The position numbers and the translations under genes were made by a program. Below the pieces are notes generated by a model, which saw nothing but the letters and a program-made list of their open reading frames with translations, was not told the origin of the DNA and did not search any database. DNA of 64,000 nt, taken from NCBI GenBank assembly GCA_036646055.1, contig JAVXMY010000003.1, positions 45,780 through 109,779 of the forward strand. The letters are read 5' to 3'. This DNA is from Anaerovoracaceae bacterium (GTDB lineage: Bacteria > Bacillota > Clostridia > Peptostreptococcales > Anaerovoracaceae). Below are positions 28,506 through 38,774 of this stretch, one piece after another. Every line of letters starts with the position of its first letter. Position 1 is the stretch's first letter.

Positions 28506-30584
28506 TTATTCCTCTTTATAGTCACATTCTTTACTTGAACATACTAATCCTTCAAACTTCTTTGTCTTCTTTTCTATTAATAGTTTTCCACACTGAGGGC
28601 ACTCTTTGTTAACCGGCTTATTCCAAAATGACATATCGCAATCTGGGTACCCGCTACATCCATAAAAAGTTCTTCCTGTTCTGCTTCTTTTTTCAACTAT
28701 ATCTTTGCCGCACTTTGGACACGGTACTCCAATTGTTTTTACTATTTGTTTAGTATTTTTACATTCAGGATATCCGCTACATGCTAAAAAATCTCCAAAT
28801 CTGCCATGTTTAATAACCATAAACTTGCCACATTCTTCACATTTAATATCTGTAAATTCAACTTTTTCTTCTATTTTTTCTATTTCTTCTTCTGCTATTT
28901 TAATATCTTTTTCAAATGTTGGATAAAAATCTCTAATCAATTGTTTCCAATCCATTTCAGTTTCCCCAACATGGTCTAGCTTATTTTCTATTTCTGCAGT
29001 AAATCCAACATCAACGATTTCTTTAAAGTATTCTTCCATCATTTGATTAACTGTAAATCCAAGTTCAGTTGGATACAAGTTCTTCTTATCTCGCTTAATG
29101 TACATCCTTGCAGTTAATGTTGCAACAATAGGAGCATACGTACTTGGTCTTCCGATATTTTCTTCTTCAAGTATCTTCACCAAACTGGCCTCTGTAAATC
29201 GTGGTTTAGGCTGGGTGAAGTTTTGTTCCTTGATAATTTCTTCATTTTTTAATTTTTGGTTAACTTCAATATGAGGTAATATTGTGTCCTCATTTTCTTT
29301 TGAATATGAATACACCTTTAAAAATCCATCAAATAATAATTTTGAACCTGTAGCTTTAAATATGTAGTTACTATTACCTATAGAATATGATACTCCACTA
29401 TATTCAGCAGATGACATTTGACTTGCCATAAACCTTGTCCAAATCAATTTATATAATTTATACTGATCTGTTGTTAACTTTTCCTTAATACTATCTGGTT
29501 CCAATTCTATATAACTTGGTCTAATAGCTTCATGAGCATCCTGGGCATCCTTCTTTTTATTTTTAAAAATGTTAACACTAGAATATTTTTCTCCATAGTT
29601 GTTTATTATATATTCTTTTGCCATTGTTTTTGCTTCATCTGAAATTCTAACAGAGTCTGTTCTAATATATGTAATTAGACCTACAGTACCCATTCCTTTA
29701 ATGTCAATACCTTCATATAGTTGCTGGGCAATTTGCATTGTTTTTCTAGTATTAAAGTTAATTTTATTAGAAGCTTCCTGTTGTAAGCTACTTGTTGTAA
29801 AAGGCGGATAAGGATTTCTTTTCCTTTCTTTTTCTTGCACATGGTCAAGAGTAAAGTCACCTTTTTCTAAGGTCTCAACAATTTTCTTTGCTTCATTTTC
29901 ATTTTTAATATCTATTTTCTTTTCATCAAAAGATACAAGTTTAGCCTCGAATTTTTTCTTTTCCTCATTAAAAACTGATGTAATAGTCCAAAATTCTTCC
30001 GGCACAAAACCTTTGATTTCTTTTTCTCTATCACAAATCATCTTAAGAGTAGCCGATTGTACTCTTCCTGCACTTAATCCTCTTCTTACTTTTCTCCAAA
30101 GTAAAGGGCTAATTGAATATCCTACTAGTCTATCTAAAATTCTTCTTGCCTGTTGCGCATCTACTAGTCCCATATCAATTTTCCTAGGATTTTTAACTGC
30201 ATTTTTTATAGTGTTTTTTGTAATTTCATTAAAAACAACTCTGCAAGGTTCATCTTCAGGAATTCCAAGCAAAAATGCTAAATGCCATGATATAGCTTCC
30301 CCTTCTCTGTCCGGGTCAGTTGCCAGATAAATTTTATTTGCCTTTTTAGCTTCTTTTTTTAATTCTTTGATAATGTCTCCTTTACCTCTAATATTTATAT
30401 ATTGAGGTTCAAAGTCATTTTCTATATCAATACCTAGTTTACTCTTAGGTAAATCTCTTATATGTCCAACAGAAGCTATAACTTTATAACTACTTCCTAA
30501 AAATTTCCCTATAGTTTTAGCCTTTGAAGGTGATTCTACTATAACTAGATTTTTCCTTCTTGCTGTTTTTTTGGGCACTGCCAT
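28506..30584 (-). CDS. topA: DNA topoisomerase I
   Basis: 692 aa with a Toprim domain ([24 protein letters not shown]), the catalytic-Tyr region (ITYIRTDS) and three C4 zinc ribbons at the C-terminus. Confidence 0.96.
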   Translation of the reverse strand: MAVPKKTARRKNLVIVESPSKAKTIGKFLGSSYKVIASVGHIRDLPKSKLGIDIENDFEPQYINIRGKGDIIKELKKEAKKANKIYLATDPDREGEAISWHLAFLLGIPEDEPCRVVFNEITKNTIKNAVKNPRKIDMGLVDAQQARRILDRLVGYSISPLLWRKVRRGLSAGRVQSATLKMICDREKEIKGFVPEEFWTITSVFNEEKKKFEAKLVSFDEKKIDIKNENEAKKIVETLEKGDFTLDHVQEKERKRNPYPPFTTSSLQQEASNKINFNTRKTMQIAQQLYEGIDIKGMGTVGLITYIRTDSVRISDEAKTMAKEYIINNYGEKYSSVNIFKNKKKDAQDAHEAIRPSYIELEPDSIKEKLTTDQYKLYKLIWTRFMASQMSSAEYSGVSYSIGNSNYIFKATGSKLLFDGFLKVYSYSKENEDTILPHIEVNQKLKNEEIIKEQNFTQPKPRFTEASLVKILEEENIGRPSTYAPIVATLTARMYIKRDKKNLYPTELGFTVNQMMEEYFKEIVDVGFTAEIENKLDHVGETEMDWKQLIRDFYPTFEKDIKIAEEEIEKIEEKVEFTDIKCEECGKFMVIKHGRFGDFLACSGYPECKNTKQIVKTIGVPCPKCGKDIVEKRSRTGRTFYGCSGYPDCDMSFWNKPVNKECPQCGKLLIEKKTKKFEGLVCSSKECDYKEE

Positions 30585-30647
30585 TATTATTCCTCCAAGG
30601 TATCTTTTAAAATTATATCACTAGAAAGTAATTATATTACATTTTTT

Positions 30648-31502
30648 TTATTTTGCAATGAAAATTTTCCCAAGTGACGTATTTGCTATTCCTTTTATTT
30701 CTAAAATACTTACTATTCCATTTACAATTGAAGGTTTCATTTCCAGTTTCATACACAGTTCATTTATGGATAATTCTCCATGCTGTTTTATTATTTCAAG
30801 AACTTTTCTTTCGTCATTACCCAAATATATTTTTTCAACATCCACTTCCTTAGGCGCTACGCCTATGTATTCAAAAATATCATCAATTACCGTAAGAGGC
30901 ATAACACCATCAGAAATCAATTTATTGTTTCCTATATTCCGTATATTATTAATATTTCCTGGCACAGCAAATAAATATTTATTCTGCTCTTCTGCCCATT
31001 CTGCCGTTATTAATGCTCCACTATGAAGTCCTGCTTCCCCAATTATTACCGCCTTGCTTATTCCACTTATAATCCTATTTCTCTGGGGAAATGTCCACTT
31101 ATCACCTGGATAACCTGGTGGATATTCTGAAATGATCAGCCCTTTCTTTGCGATTTCATCCATTAATCCCTTGTTTTCACTTGGAAAACATTTGTCAATT
31201 CCAGTTCCAAGTACAGCAATTGTATTCCCTCCTGCTTTTAGAGCGGCTCTATGGGCGAAGGTGTCTATTCCTTTTGCCATTCCGCCTACAACTGTAACAT
31301 TATTTTCAGCCAATCTACGAGCCACATTTGATGCAACCCAAAATCCATAATCGCTGGTTTTTCTAGATCCAACTACTGCTACAGATACAGTATTAAGTAA
31401 CTGAATATTTCCTATATAAAATATCCGTTTAGGAGGATTCTTAATACGCTTTAACATTTCAGGATATTTTTCATCATTAAATTCTAATATTTTATAATTC
31501 AT
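30648..31502 (-). CDS. dprA: DNA-processing protein DprA (Smf)
   Basis: 284 aa with a Rossmann-like core (VAVVGSRKTSDYG, GMAKGIDTFAHRAAL, AVLGTGID, FPQRNRIISG) and a C-terminal winged helix. Confidence 0.92.
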   Translation of the reverse strand: MNYKILEFNDEKYPEMLKRIKNPPKRIFYIGNIQLLNTVSVAVVGSRKTSDYGFWVASNVARRLAENNVTVVGGMAKGIDTFAHRAALKAGGNTIAVLGTGIDKCFPSENKGLMDEIAKKGLIISEYPPGYPGDKWTFPQRNRIISGISKAVIIGEAGLHSGALITAEWAEEQNKYLFAVPGNINNIRNIGNNKLISDGVMPLTVIDDIFEYIGVAPKEVDVEKIYLGNDERKVLEIIKQHGELSINELCMKLEMKPSIVNGIVSILEIKGIANTSLGKIFIAK

Positions 31503-31504
31503 TT

Positions 31505-33034
31505 TTATTTTTTCCTATAATAATCTTCTAGACTTCTGTACTGTAATGCTTCAAGGACATCTTCTTTTCTTATTTCTAATGCTCCTTCAATGTCAGCGAT
31601 TGTTCTTGCTATCTTAATAATTTTGTAATATGATCTTGAACTTAGATTAAATCTTTCATAGGCCATTTTCATAATACTCTTGACTTCATCGGAGATTTTA
31701 CAGTACTTTCTTATTAATTTTCCTTCAAGTTCTCCATTTGTTTTTATTTCTTCATTTATATATCTATCTTCTTGTATTTTTCTTGCTTTAACAACAATCT
31801 CTCTCATTACCATAGAACTGAGATTATCCTTTTTTTCCATATCGCTATATACAGCCCTAGTCATTTTGATATGTAAATCTAAACGATCAACTAAAGGCCC
31901 ACTTAGCTTAGCCCTATGGGAATTTATTTCTCCAGCTGTGCATATACATTGGTGAGTTTCATCGCCATAATAGCCACATCTACATGGATTAGCTGCAACT
32001 ACAACTGTGCAGTTTGCAGGGAAAGTAACATTATTCAATTGGCGACTTATAGTAATTTTTCCTTCTTCAATTGGTTGTCTTAGTTGATTTATTATTTTGC
32101 TTTCAAATTGATTTATTTCATCTAGAAATAGTATACCTCTATGGGCTAAAGTTACTTCTCCTGGCTTAGGCAATAATCCTCCTCCTAGTAATGCCGCAGA
32201 TGTAATTGTATTATGTGGTGCTCGGAATGGCCGACTTTGTATCATTGGGTTTTCTTTACTCAAAAGCCCTGCAACACTATAAATCTTTGTCACTTCTATC
32301 ATTTCCTCATAACTAAGAGAAGGTAGTATTGTTTTCATTCGCTTTGCCATCATTGTTTTACCTACCCCTGGAGATCCAATCATAATAACGTTGTGATTTC
32401 CTGCTGCCGCAATCATCATACCTCGTTTTGCAAAACCTTGGCCTTGTACTTCAGAAAAATCCACACTATATTTTTGGGAAATAAGATTTCTTCCTTTATA
32501 TATGTATTTTCTTATACATTTTTGGCCATTGAGAAAATCCACTGTTTGGATTAATGTACTAACTGGAAATACATCAATGTCCTTAATTAATGAAATCTCT
32601 TCAGCATTATCTACTGGCGCTATTATCTTTGTTATTCCAGCTTCTTTTGCAGATAATGCCAAAGGAAGAGCGCCTTGTATGCCTTTGATATTTCCATCTA
32701 AGCTCAGTTCTCCCAAAAATGCAACCTTGTCTTCTAGAGAATGGAACAAATCTTTTTTCTTTGCTAGTAGAATACCAATGGCAATAGGCAGATCAAAATG
32801 GCTTCCATGCTTTTGTATATTTGCTGGTGATAAATTAACTGTAATTCTTTCTTGAGGATAAAATAGTCCAGAATTTATTATTGCGGACCTAATCCTTTCG
32901 CCTGATTCCTTAATAATTTTATCTCCAAGACCTACAACATTATATGCAGGCAATCCTCTAGTTAAATCTGTCTCAACAGTAACTAACTTACCTTCTAATC
33001 CTATAATTGCAGATGTAAATATTTTAGATAACAA
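31505..33034 (-). CDS. YifB/ComM-family Mg-chelatase-like AAA+ ATPase
   Basis: 509 aa with a Lon-like N-domain (HFDLPIAIGIL), Walker A GSPGVGKTM, ILFLDEINQF and a Cys cluster (CRCGYYGDETHQCICT). Confidence 0.92.
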   Translation of the reverse strand: MLSKIFTSAIIGLEGKLVTVETDLTRGLPAYNVVGLGDKIIKESGERIRSAIINSGLFYPQERITVNLSPANIQKHGSHFDLPIAIGILLAKKKDLFHSLEDKVAFLGELSLDGNIKGIQGALPLALSAKEAGITKIIAPVDNAEEISLIKDIDVFPVSTLIQTVDFLNGQKCIRKYIYKGRNLISQKYSVDFSEVQGQGFAKRGMMIAAAGNHNVIMIGSPGVGKTMMAKRMKTILPSLSYEEMIEVTKIYSVAGLLSKENPMIQSRPFRAPHNTITSAALLGGGLLPKPGEVTLAHRGILFLDEINQFESKIINQLRQPIEEGKITISRQLNNVTFPANCTVVVAANPCRCGYYGDETHQCICTAGEINSHRAKLSGPLVDRLDLHIKMTRAVYSDMEKKDNLSSMVMREIVVKARKIQEDRYINEEIKTNGELEGKLIRKYCKISDEVKSIMKMAYERFNLSSRSYYKIIKIARTIADIEGALEIRKEDVLEALQYRSLEDYYRKK

Positions 33035-33043
33035 AATAACCTC

Positions 33044-33373
33044 CTAAAACGCATTCTCAATGCGATTACAATAAACTTCAAATACATCATATCTAATTGT
33101 GTAATTTTTTATTCTTTCCGATAATAAATATAAAGCTGCAACTTTTTTTATTTTCATAATTTTATTTTTATCTACAGCTTCACGTGGCAATCCAAAATCT
33201 TCAGTAGTTCTTGTTTTTACCTCTATAAAAACTAAAACATCGTCTTTTTTTGCAATAATATCAATTTCTCCTATTCTACATCTAAAATTCATTTCCACAA
33301 TTTCATAGCCATCCTGTTTTAAAAACATTGCTGCAATACGTTCTCCAGCTTTCCCTTTGTCGATATTTTCCAT
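33044..33373 (-). CDS. YraN-family (UPF0102) endonuclease-like protein
   Basis: 109 aa with GKAGERIAAMFLKQDGYEIVEMNFRCRIGEIDIIAKK..LVFIEVKTR. Confidence 0.85.
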   Translation of the reverse strand: MENIDKGKAGERIAAMFLKQDGYEIVEMNFRCRIGEIDIIAKKDDVLVFIEVKTRTTEDFGLPREAVDKNKIMKIKKVAALYLLSERIKNYTIRYDVFEVYCNRIENAF

Positions 33374-33450
33374 TTTTACGCTTCCTTTCCATATATATTA
33401 TAGTTTTAATTTACTATAAATTACAATATATGTCAATAGTCTACGCAAAA

Positions 33451-33484
33451 AAAGATAGCTATCATATAAAATTTCGCTATCTTT
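33451..33484 (-). terminator. Possible terminator after the Cof-type hydrolase gene
   Basis: The minus strand reads AAAGATAGC, a 16-nt loop, then GCTATCTTT followed by TTTT. The large loop makes this a weaker call. Confidence 0.4.
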
Positions 33485-33492
33485 TTAATTAT

Positions 33493-34314
33493 TTATAAAG
33501 CATACTTCTTGATTGCATTAGCAACTCCGTCATTCTTATTTGAATCTGTTATATACTTTGCAACATTTTTAACACTGTCAACTGCATTTTCTACCGCAAC
33601 TGACACGCCTGCTAGTTTTAACATTTCAATATCATTTGGGCTATCTCCAACTGCCATTATTTCTTCTTTATATATTCCAAGTCTATCCATTAAAGCAATT
33701 AATCCAGTAGCTTTACTTGTAGTTTTACTACCAATTTCACAGTTGTTACTCATAGATGATGTCAAGGTTATATTTTTTAAAGAATTAACTTCGTTAATCA
33801 GTTCAATACGTTCATCTTCAGAAAAGAAAAATAAATTGATATTTTCAATTTCATCTTTTTTAGAAAGCATAAACTCAAGCAACTCTGGCATTGGTATTCT
33901 TGTGCCCTTAACGTATCCAATTGTTCTAGAGGGATATTCTCCATTTAAAACCTTGTCATAGTCTTCTTGACTGATATATGCTCTACCATCAGTAAAAACT
34001 TCTGTCATAAAAGGTTTCCTTTTTAAAAATCTATAGATATTTTCAATTTCTGTCGGATCAATACAATTCTTATAAATTGAAGTTCCTACAGTTAATTCTC
34101 GTATGTCAGCACCATTTGAAGTTATTGCATATTCTAAGCCTTCTAATCCATCTAAAACTTTAGGCAAAGAATGAAAGCACCTTCCTGTTGCTATTACAAC
34201 ATGTATATCCTTTTTTATGGCTTCAAGAAACACTTCTTTTGTAGCCTCACTAAGTTCTTTGTCGTCCCTTAGGGTTGTTCCATCTAAATCTAATGCTATT
34301 AATTTTATTGTCAT
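33493..34314 (-). CDS. Cof-type HAD-IIB family phosphatase
   Basis: 273 aa with IALDLDGTTL, ATGR and GDSPNDIEML. Confidence 0.88.
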   Translation of the reverse strand: MTIKLIALDLDGTTLRDDKELSEATKEVFLEAIKKDIHVVIATGRCFHSLPKVLDGLEGLEYAITSNGADIRELTVGTSIYKNCIDPTEIENIYRFLKRKPFMTEVFTDGRAYISQEDYDKVLNGEYPSRTIGYVKGTRIPMPELLEFMLSKKDEIENINLFFFSEDERIELINEVNSLKNITLTSSMSNNCEIGSKTTSKATGLIALMDRLGIYKEEIMAVGDSPNDIEMLKLAGVSVAVENAVDSVKNVAKYITDSNKNDGVANAIKKYAL

Positions 34315-34394
34315 AATTTTTCCATCCTTTATACATATATATTTTACATTATTCTATCATCAGTAGCAATCAATATTCTTTTTCCCTCTATTAC

Positions 34395-34422
34395 TTGCTA
34401 TTTAAATTTTTAGTGTTAGAAT
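34395..34422 (+). promoter_or_regulatory. Putative promoter of the trk operon (TTGCTA-16-TGtTAGAAT, extended -10)
   Basis: TTGCTA is at 34395-34400 and TAGAAT at 34417-34422, preceded by TGT. It lies about 50 nt upstream of the trkA ATG. Confidence 0.45.
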
Positions 34423-34470
34423 GAAATATGTAATTTATACATAGGATATATTTGAAAGGATATTAAGTAA

Positions 34471-35811
34471 ATGAATATAGCAATAATTGGCGCTGGCAAA
34501 TTAGGTAAGAAGATAGCTTTGTCCCTAGCTAAGAGTGACCATTCAATTACCATAGTAGATAAAAACGAAGATAAACTACATAATCTTTCTATGCAGGTAG
34601 ATTTACTTACTTTAGCTGCAGATGGTAAACAAATATCAGTTTTAAAGGAATTACATATTAAATCTTTTGACTTTTTGATTGCTGTTACAGGTAATGATGA
34701 AATAAATATTATGATTGCTGCCTTTGCTAAAAAATTAGGATGCAGCCGTGTTATTGCAAGAGTGCGAGATCCTGAACATATGAATCAGATTAATTTTATT
34801 AGAGATACTATGTCAATTGACTATCTAATAAATCCTGACCTTGCAATTAGTAATGAGATTTCAAAATTCTTAGTAGAAAAATATACCCTTAACAATGGTG
34901 TTTTTACCACTGGTAAAGCAGCCTTAATTGAATTTAAGGTTAAGAATTTCCCAGAACTTATAGATTTACCAATTAATCAAGCTAAATCAATTATTGGAAA
35001 CAAACTTGTAGTTGCTATTTCTAGAAGTGGTAAAGTTATAATACCTCATGGTGATGATATAATCAAAAATGGTGATGACATATATATAATCGGAGAAAAT
35101 GAACCAATCTTAGAACTTAATGAAAAAGTTCATGAGCAAGGGTTATATACCGGACTACAAAATGTAATGATAATAGGTGGAGGAAAAACAGGTTTATACC
35201 TTGCCCAAAATCTACTTAAATTCAATTTATCAGTAAAAATTGTCGAGCAAGATTTAGCTAGGTGTCATTATTTAGCTGAAAAACTTGAAAACGCAATGAT
35301 TTTAAGAGGAGACGGAACTGATACCTCATTATTAGAAGAAGAAAATATTCAAAACATGGACGCTTTCGTTACATGTACAGGATATGATGAAGATAATCTA
35401 CTTCTTGCATTAATGGCCAAAAATTATGGCATTGAAGATGTAATTGCAAAGGTAAGCAGAGGAATATACACTGATTTAATTTCTACTCTAGGTGTTGACA
35501 TGACAATGAACCCTATTGAAATTGTAACTAGTAATGTCCTTCGAATTATTCAAGGATCAAAAAAGATTATTTCTTCTCAATTAATTCAAGGACAAGCTGT
35601 AATAACAGAACTAGTTGTTAGTAATAAATCAAAATTCTTAAGTGGCCCATTAAAAACTCTTGATATTCCAAAAGGAGTTATTATCGCCGCCATTCATAGA
35701 AATACAGGTGCTATAATTCCAGATGGTGATACCCAGATTAAGGAATACGATAGAGTATTATTAATTTCCTTATTATCTGCATTGCCAGAAATGGATAAAT
35801 ACACAAGATAA
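34471..35811 (+). CDS. trkA: Trk system potassium uptake protein TrkA (double RCK)
   Basis: 446 aa with two NAD-binding RCK_N units (IIGAGKLG..., IIGGGKTG...), each followed by an RCK_C. Confidence 0.92.
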   Translation: MNIAIIGAGKLGKKIALSLAKSDHSITIVDKNEDKLHNLSMQVDLLTLAADGKQISVLKELHIKSFDFLIAVTGNDEINIMIAAFAKKLGCSRVIARVRDPEHMNQINFIRDTMSIDYLINPDLAISNEISKFLVEKYTLNNGVFTTGKAALIEFKVKNFPELIDLPINQAKSIIGNKLVVAISRSGKVIIPHGDDIIKNGDDIYIIGENEPILELNEKVHEQGLYTGLQNVMIIGGGKTGLYLAQNLLKFNLSVKIVEQDLARCHYLAEKLENAMILRGDGTDTSLLEEENIQNMDAFVTCTGYDEDNLLLALMAKNYGIEDVIAKVSRGIYTDLISTLGVDMTMNPIEIVTSNVLRIIQGSKKIISSQLIQGQAVITELVVSNKSKFLSGPLKTLDIPKGVIIAAIHRNTGAIIPDGDTQIKEYDRVLLISLLSALPEMDKYTR

Positions 35812-35821
35812 GAGGGCTTTC

Positions 35822-37285
35822 ATGGATTTAAATTCGCGAGAAATTATTAGAATTATAGGCGTTATCTTCCAAGTAATGGGTGCTGCGCTTACTCTACCAC
35901 TTGCTGTAGGTTTCATATATCATGAAATACCAAGCATCCAAGCATTTGCGGTAGTGCTGCTACCATCTATTTTAATAGGTGGTATAATTAGACAAATTGC
36001 TCCACCATCTAACAAACCACTTAAGGTTCGTGATGGTGTTCTTATCGTGTCTATATCTTGGATAATTGCTGCAATAATCGGGTCAATTCCATTTATACTT
36101 TCTGGAGCAATCCCAAATCCTATTGATGCCATATTTGAAACATGTTCTGGTTTCTCTACAACAGGAGCCTCCATATTATCAGATATTGAAAGTCTTCCAA
36201 AATCAATTTTATTTTGGAGATCCTTCACACATTGGTTAGGCGGAATGGGTATACTAGTATTTGCAGTAGCACTACTACCTACTCTTGGAATAAGTGGCCA
36301 AATGATTGTTATGGCAGAAACTCCAGGACCAGAACTTTCAAAGTTAACCCCTAGAATATCAGATACAGCTAGACAACTATATATAATGTATTTTTCATTT
36401 ACTATTATTGAAACTATTCTACTAATGTTAGGCGGTATGAATTTTTATGATGCTTTAACTCATACATTTTCTACAGTAGGAACAGGTGGTTTTTCTACCT
36501 ATAACAACAGTATTGCACACTTTGATAGTGCATATATAGAGGGTGTAATCACTGTATTTATGCTTTTATCAGGTGTAAACTTCAACCTTTATTTCATACT
36601 TCTTCGAAACGGATTTAAAGCCTTTATCAAAGATGGAGAATTAAAGTTTTATCTGTGCATTGTCGCCTTAACAATGGTACTAATAACAATAGGCCTTGTA
36701 GGTTCTGGAAATATTAGCGATCCATTTGAAGCCTTTAGATATGCTTCATTCCAGCAGGCCTCAATTATTACAACTACAGGCTTTATGTCTTATGACTATG
36801 CTTTATGGCCCACATTTTGTCAAATGATTCTATTCCTATTATTCTTTGTAGGTGGATGTTCTTCTTCTACAGGTGGAGGAATTAAAGTAATTAGGGTTTT
36901 AGTTGTATTTAAATTAATAAAGAGATCTGTAGCTTTACGTTTACACCCAAATGCAGTTGTAAATGTAAAGATTAATAATAACGTATTACCAAGAGCAACA
37001 GTTGCCAATGTTTCGAATTTTATATTCTTGTATTTAGGCATACTATTATTCGGTGGTTTTATCATATCACTTGACGGATATAATATGATTACTAGTTTAT
37101 CTGCAACAGCTTCGTGCCTTGGAAATATCGGCCCTGGCTTTGACGCTATTGGTCCAACAGTTAATTACAGTATTTTTTCAGATCTTACAAAATCAATGTT
37201 ATCACTACTAATGATAGCTGGTAGATTAGAATTATTTACTTTATTTATGCTTTTTGCACCTAGATTTTGGAACCCAAATAAATAG
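35822..37285 (+). CDS. trkH: TrkH-family potassium uptake membrane protein (copy 1)
   Basis: 487 aa, polytopic, with TrkH motifs (FETCSGFSTTGAS, THWLGGMGI, TVGTGGFS, TTTGF, GGCSSSTGGGIKVIR). Confidence 0.92.
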   Translation: MDLNSREIIRIIGVIFQVMGAALTLPLAVGFIYHEIPSIQAFAVVLLPSILIGGIIRQIAPPSNKPLKVRDGVLIVSISWIIAAIIGSIPFILSGAIPNPIDAIFETCSGFSTTGASILSDIESLPKSILFWRSFTHWLGGMGILVFAVALLPTLGISGQMIVMAETPGPELSKLTPRISDTARQLYIMYFSFTIIETILLMLGGMNFYDALTHTFSTVGTGGFSTYNNSIAHFDSAYIEGVITVFMLLSGVNFNLYFILLRNGFKAFIKDGELKFYLCIVALTMVLITIGLVGSGNISDPFEAFRYASFQQASIITTTGFMSYDYALWPTFCQMILFLLFFVGGCSSSTGGGIKVIRVLVVFKLIKRSVALRLHPNAVVNVKINNNVLPRATVANVSNFIFLYLGILLFGGFIISLDGYNMITSLSATASCLGNIGPGFDAIGPTVNYSIFSDLTKSMLSLLMIAGRLELFTLFMLFAPRFWNPNK

Positions 37286-37301
37286 ACATTAGGAGTTATT
37301 A

Positions 37302-38774
37302 ATGAATTTGAATTACAACATTATTTTACGAACAGGAGGAATTACTGCAATCCTTGTAGGGGTATTAACTATACCTTCTCTTGGCGTATCTCTTTTTAGT
37401 CATACTAATACTGTTACTTCTGGTTTGATTTTTACTATGGCTATTTCCTTAGTACTAGGTTTTGCTATAATTAAACAAATCAAACCTAGTAAAAAGTCCC
37501 TTAAATTTAGGGAAGGATACCTATCTGTAATATGTTCATTATTAGTAGCTTCTGTACTAGGTAGTTTCCCTTATATTTGGACCGGACTACTTAATCCTAT
37601 TGATGCATTCTTCGAATCAGTTGCCGGTTTCACAACAACTAGTGCAACTGCAATTGGTGAACCAAACCTTCCTTTAGGCTTGGCATTATGGAAAGCTTCA
37701 TCTCATTGGTTTGGTGGCATTTGCATACTAATTTATTTAATAACATTTCTACCTAGACTAGGTCATGGTGGGCAACAAATTACAACAGCGGAGTCATCTA
37801 ATTCAAATTTAAACAAAATTGCACCAAAATCCTCAGAAATTATAAAAATAATATTCTGTATTTATTTTACCCTTACAATTTTAACTTTCATTTTAATATC
37901 TTTTTCAAAAATTGGTATTATTGATAGTTTAGTTTATACCTTTTCAACTGTAAGTACCGCTGCTGTTAATCTTCATAATAGCGGTTTATTACACTATAAT
38001 AATGTTTATCTAGAAATAATTATTTCTATTTTTTCGATTTTATCTGCAACTAGTTTTGTATTTTACTTTTATATTATTAAAGGTTATAAAAATGAAGTCA
38101 AAAAAAATATTGAAACAAAGACATTTATTCTTATCATTATAATATTTACAATATTATGCAACCTATTATTGTTTGTGAATATAGGCCCTGGCCAATATAA
38201 TTTACGAAGTTTTAGAGAAATAATTTTCCAAGTAATTTCTTTTGCTTCTACTTCTGGTTATACAATAATTGATTACCAAACTTGGCCTGAATCTATTTCT
38301 TATTGTTTCCTTATACTTACTTTAATAGGAGGATGTTCAGCATCTACAAGCGGTTCTTTTAAAGTTATTAGAATGCTTATATATGTACAATTAATAAGAC
38401 GTGGATTTCACAAACGATTACATCCACGCCTTATCGAACCAGTTAAAATTGGAGACAGTATTGTAAGTGCACCTTTAGCTGCATCTGTCACCACATATGG
38501 TTTATTATTTTTTATTATACTTTTATTTTCAACCTTGCTATTAAGTATACAAGGCCTTGATTTAGAAACTACTTTTAGTGCTGCCTTTAGCAGCCTTACC
38601 AATATAGGAATTGGTTTTGGTAAAGTTGGATATCTAGGAGAGTATCACTTCTTCCATCCACTCCTAAAATTACTACTTTGTATCGAAATGATAGTGGGTA
38701 GGTTAGGCCTATATTCTGTCTTCTTAATCGCTATGCCTTCATTCTGGCAATCAAAGCGTAAAAGAAACTTCTAA
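37302..38774 (+). CDS. trkH: TrkH-family potassium uptake membrane protein (copy 2, divergent paralogue)
   Basis: 490 aa with the same architecture as copy 1 but clearly divergent motifs (FESVAGFTTTSAT, SHWFGGICI, GGCSASTSGSFKVIR). Confidence 0.88.
   Translation: MNLNYNIILRTGGITAILVGVLTIPSLGVSLFSHTNTVTSGLIFTMAISLVLGFAIIKQIKPSKKSLKFREGYLSVICSLLVASVLGSFPYIWTGLLNPIDAFFESVAGFTTTSATAIGEPNLPLGLALWKASSHWFGGICILIYLITFLPRLGHGGQQITTAESSNSNLNKIAPKSSEIIKIIFCIYFTLTILTFILISFSKIGIIDSLVYTFSTVSTAAVNLHNSGLLHYNNVYLEIIISIFSILSATSFVFYFYIIKGYKNEVKKNIETKTFILIIIIFTILCNLLLFVNIGPGQYNLRSFREIIFQVISFASTSGYTIIDYQTWPESISYCFLILTLIGGCSASTSGSFKVIRMLIYVQLIRRGFHKRLHPRLIEPVKIGDSIVSAPLAASVTTYGLLFFIILLFSTLLLSIQGLDLETTFSAAFSSLTNIGIGFGKVGYLGEYHFFHPLLKLLLCIEMIVGRLGLYSVFLIAMPSFWQSKRKRNF

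Noticed and set aside
34315-34470. A search for a c-di-AMP (ydaO/kimA-type) riboswitch upstream of trkA. I also searched for T-box leaders upstream of thrS and proS, and for a cobalamin riboswitch in the cbi region.
   Set aside because: The leaders are too short: about 45 nt for trkA, 1 nt for thrS and 25 nt for proS. No conserved T-box or B12-box strings were seen. The cbi operon leader lies outside the window.
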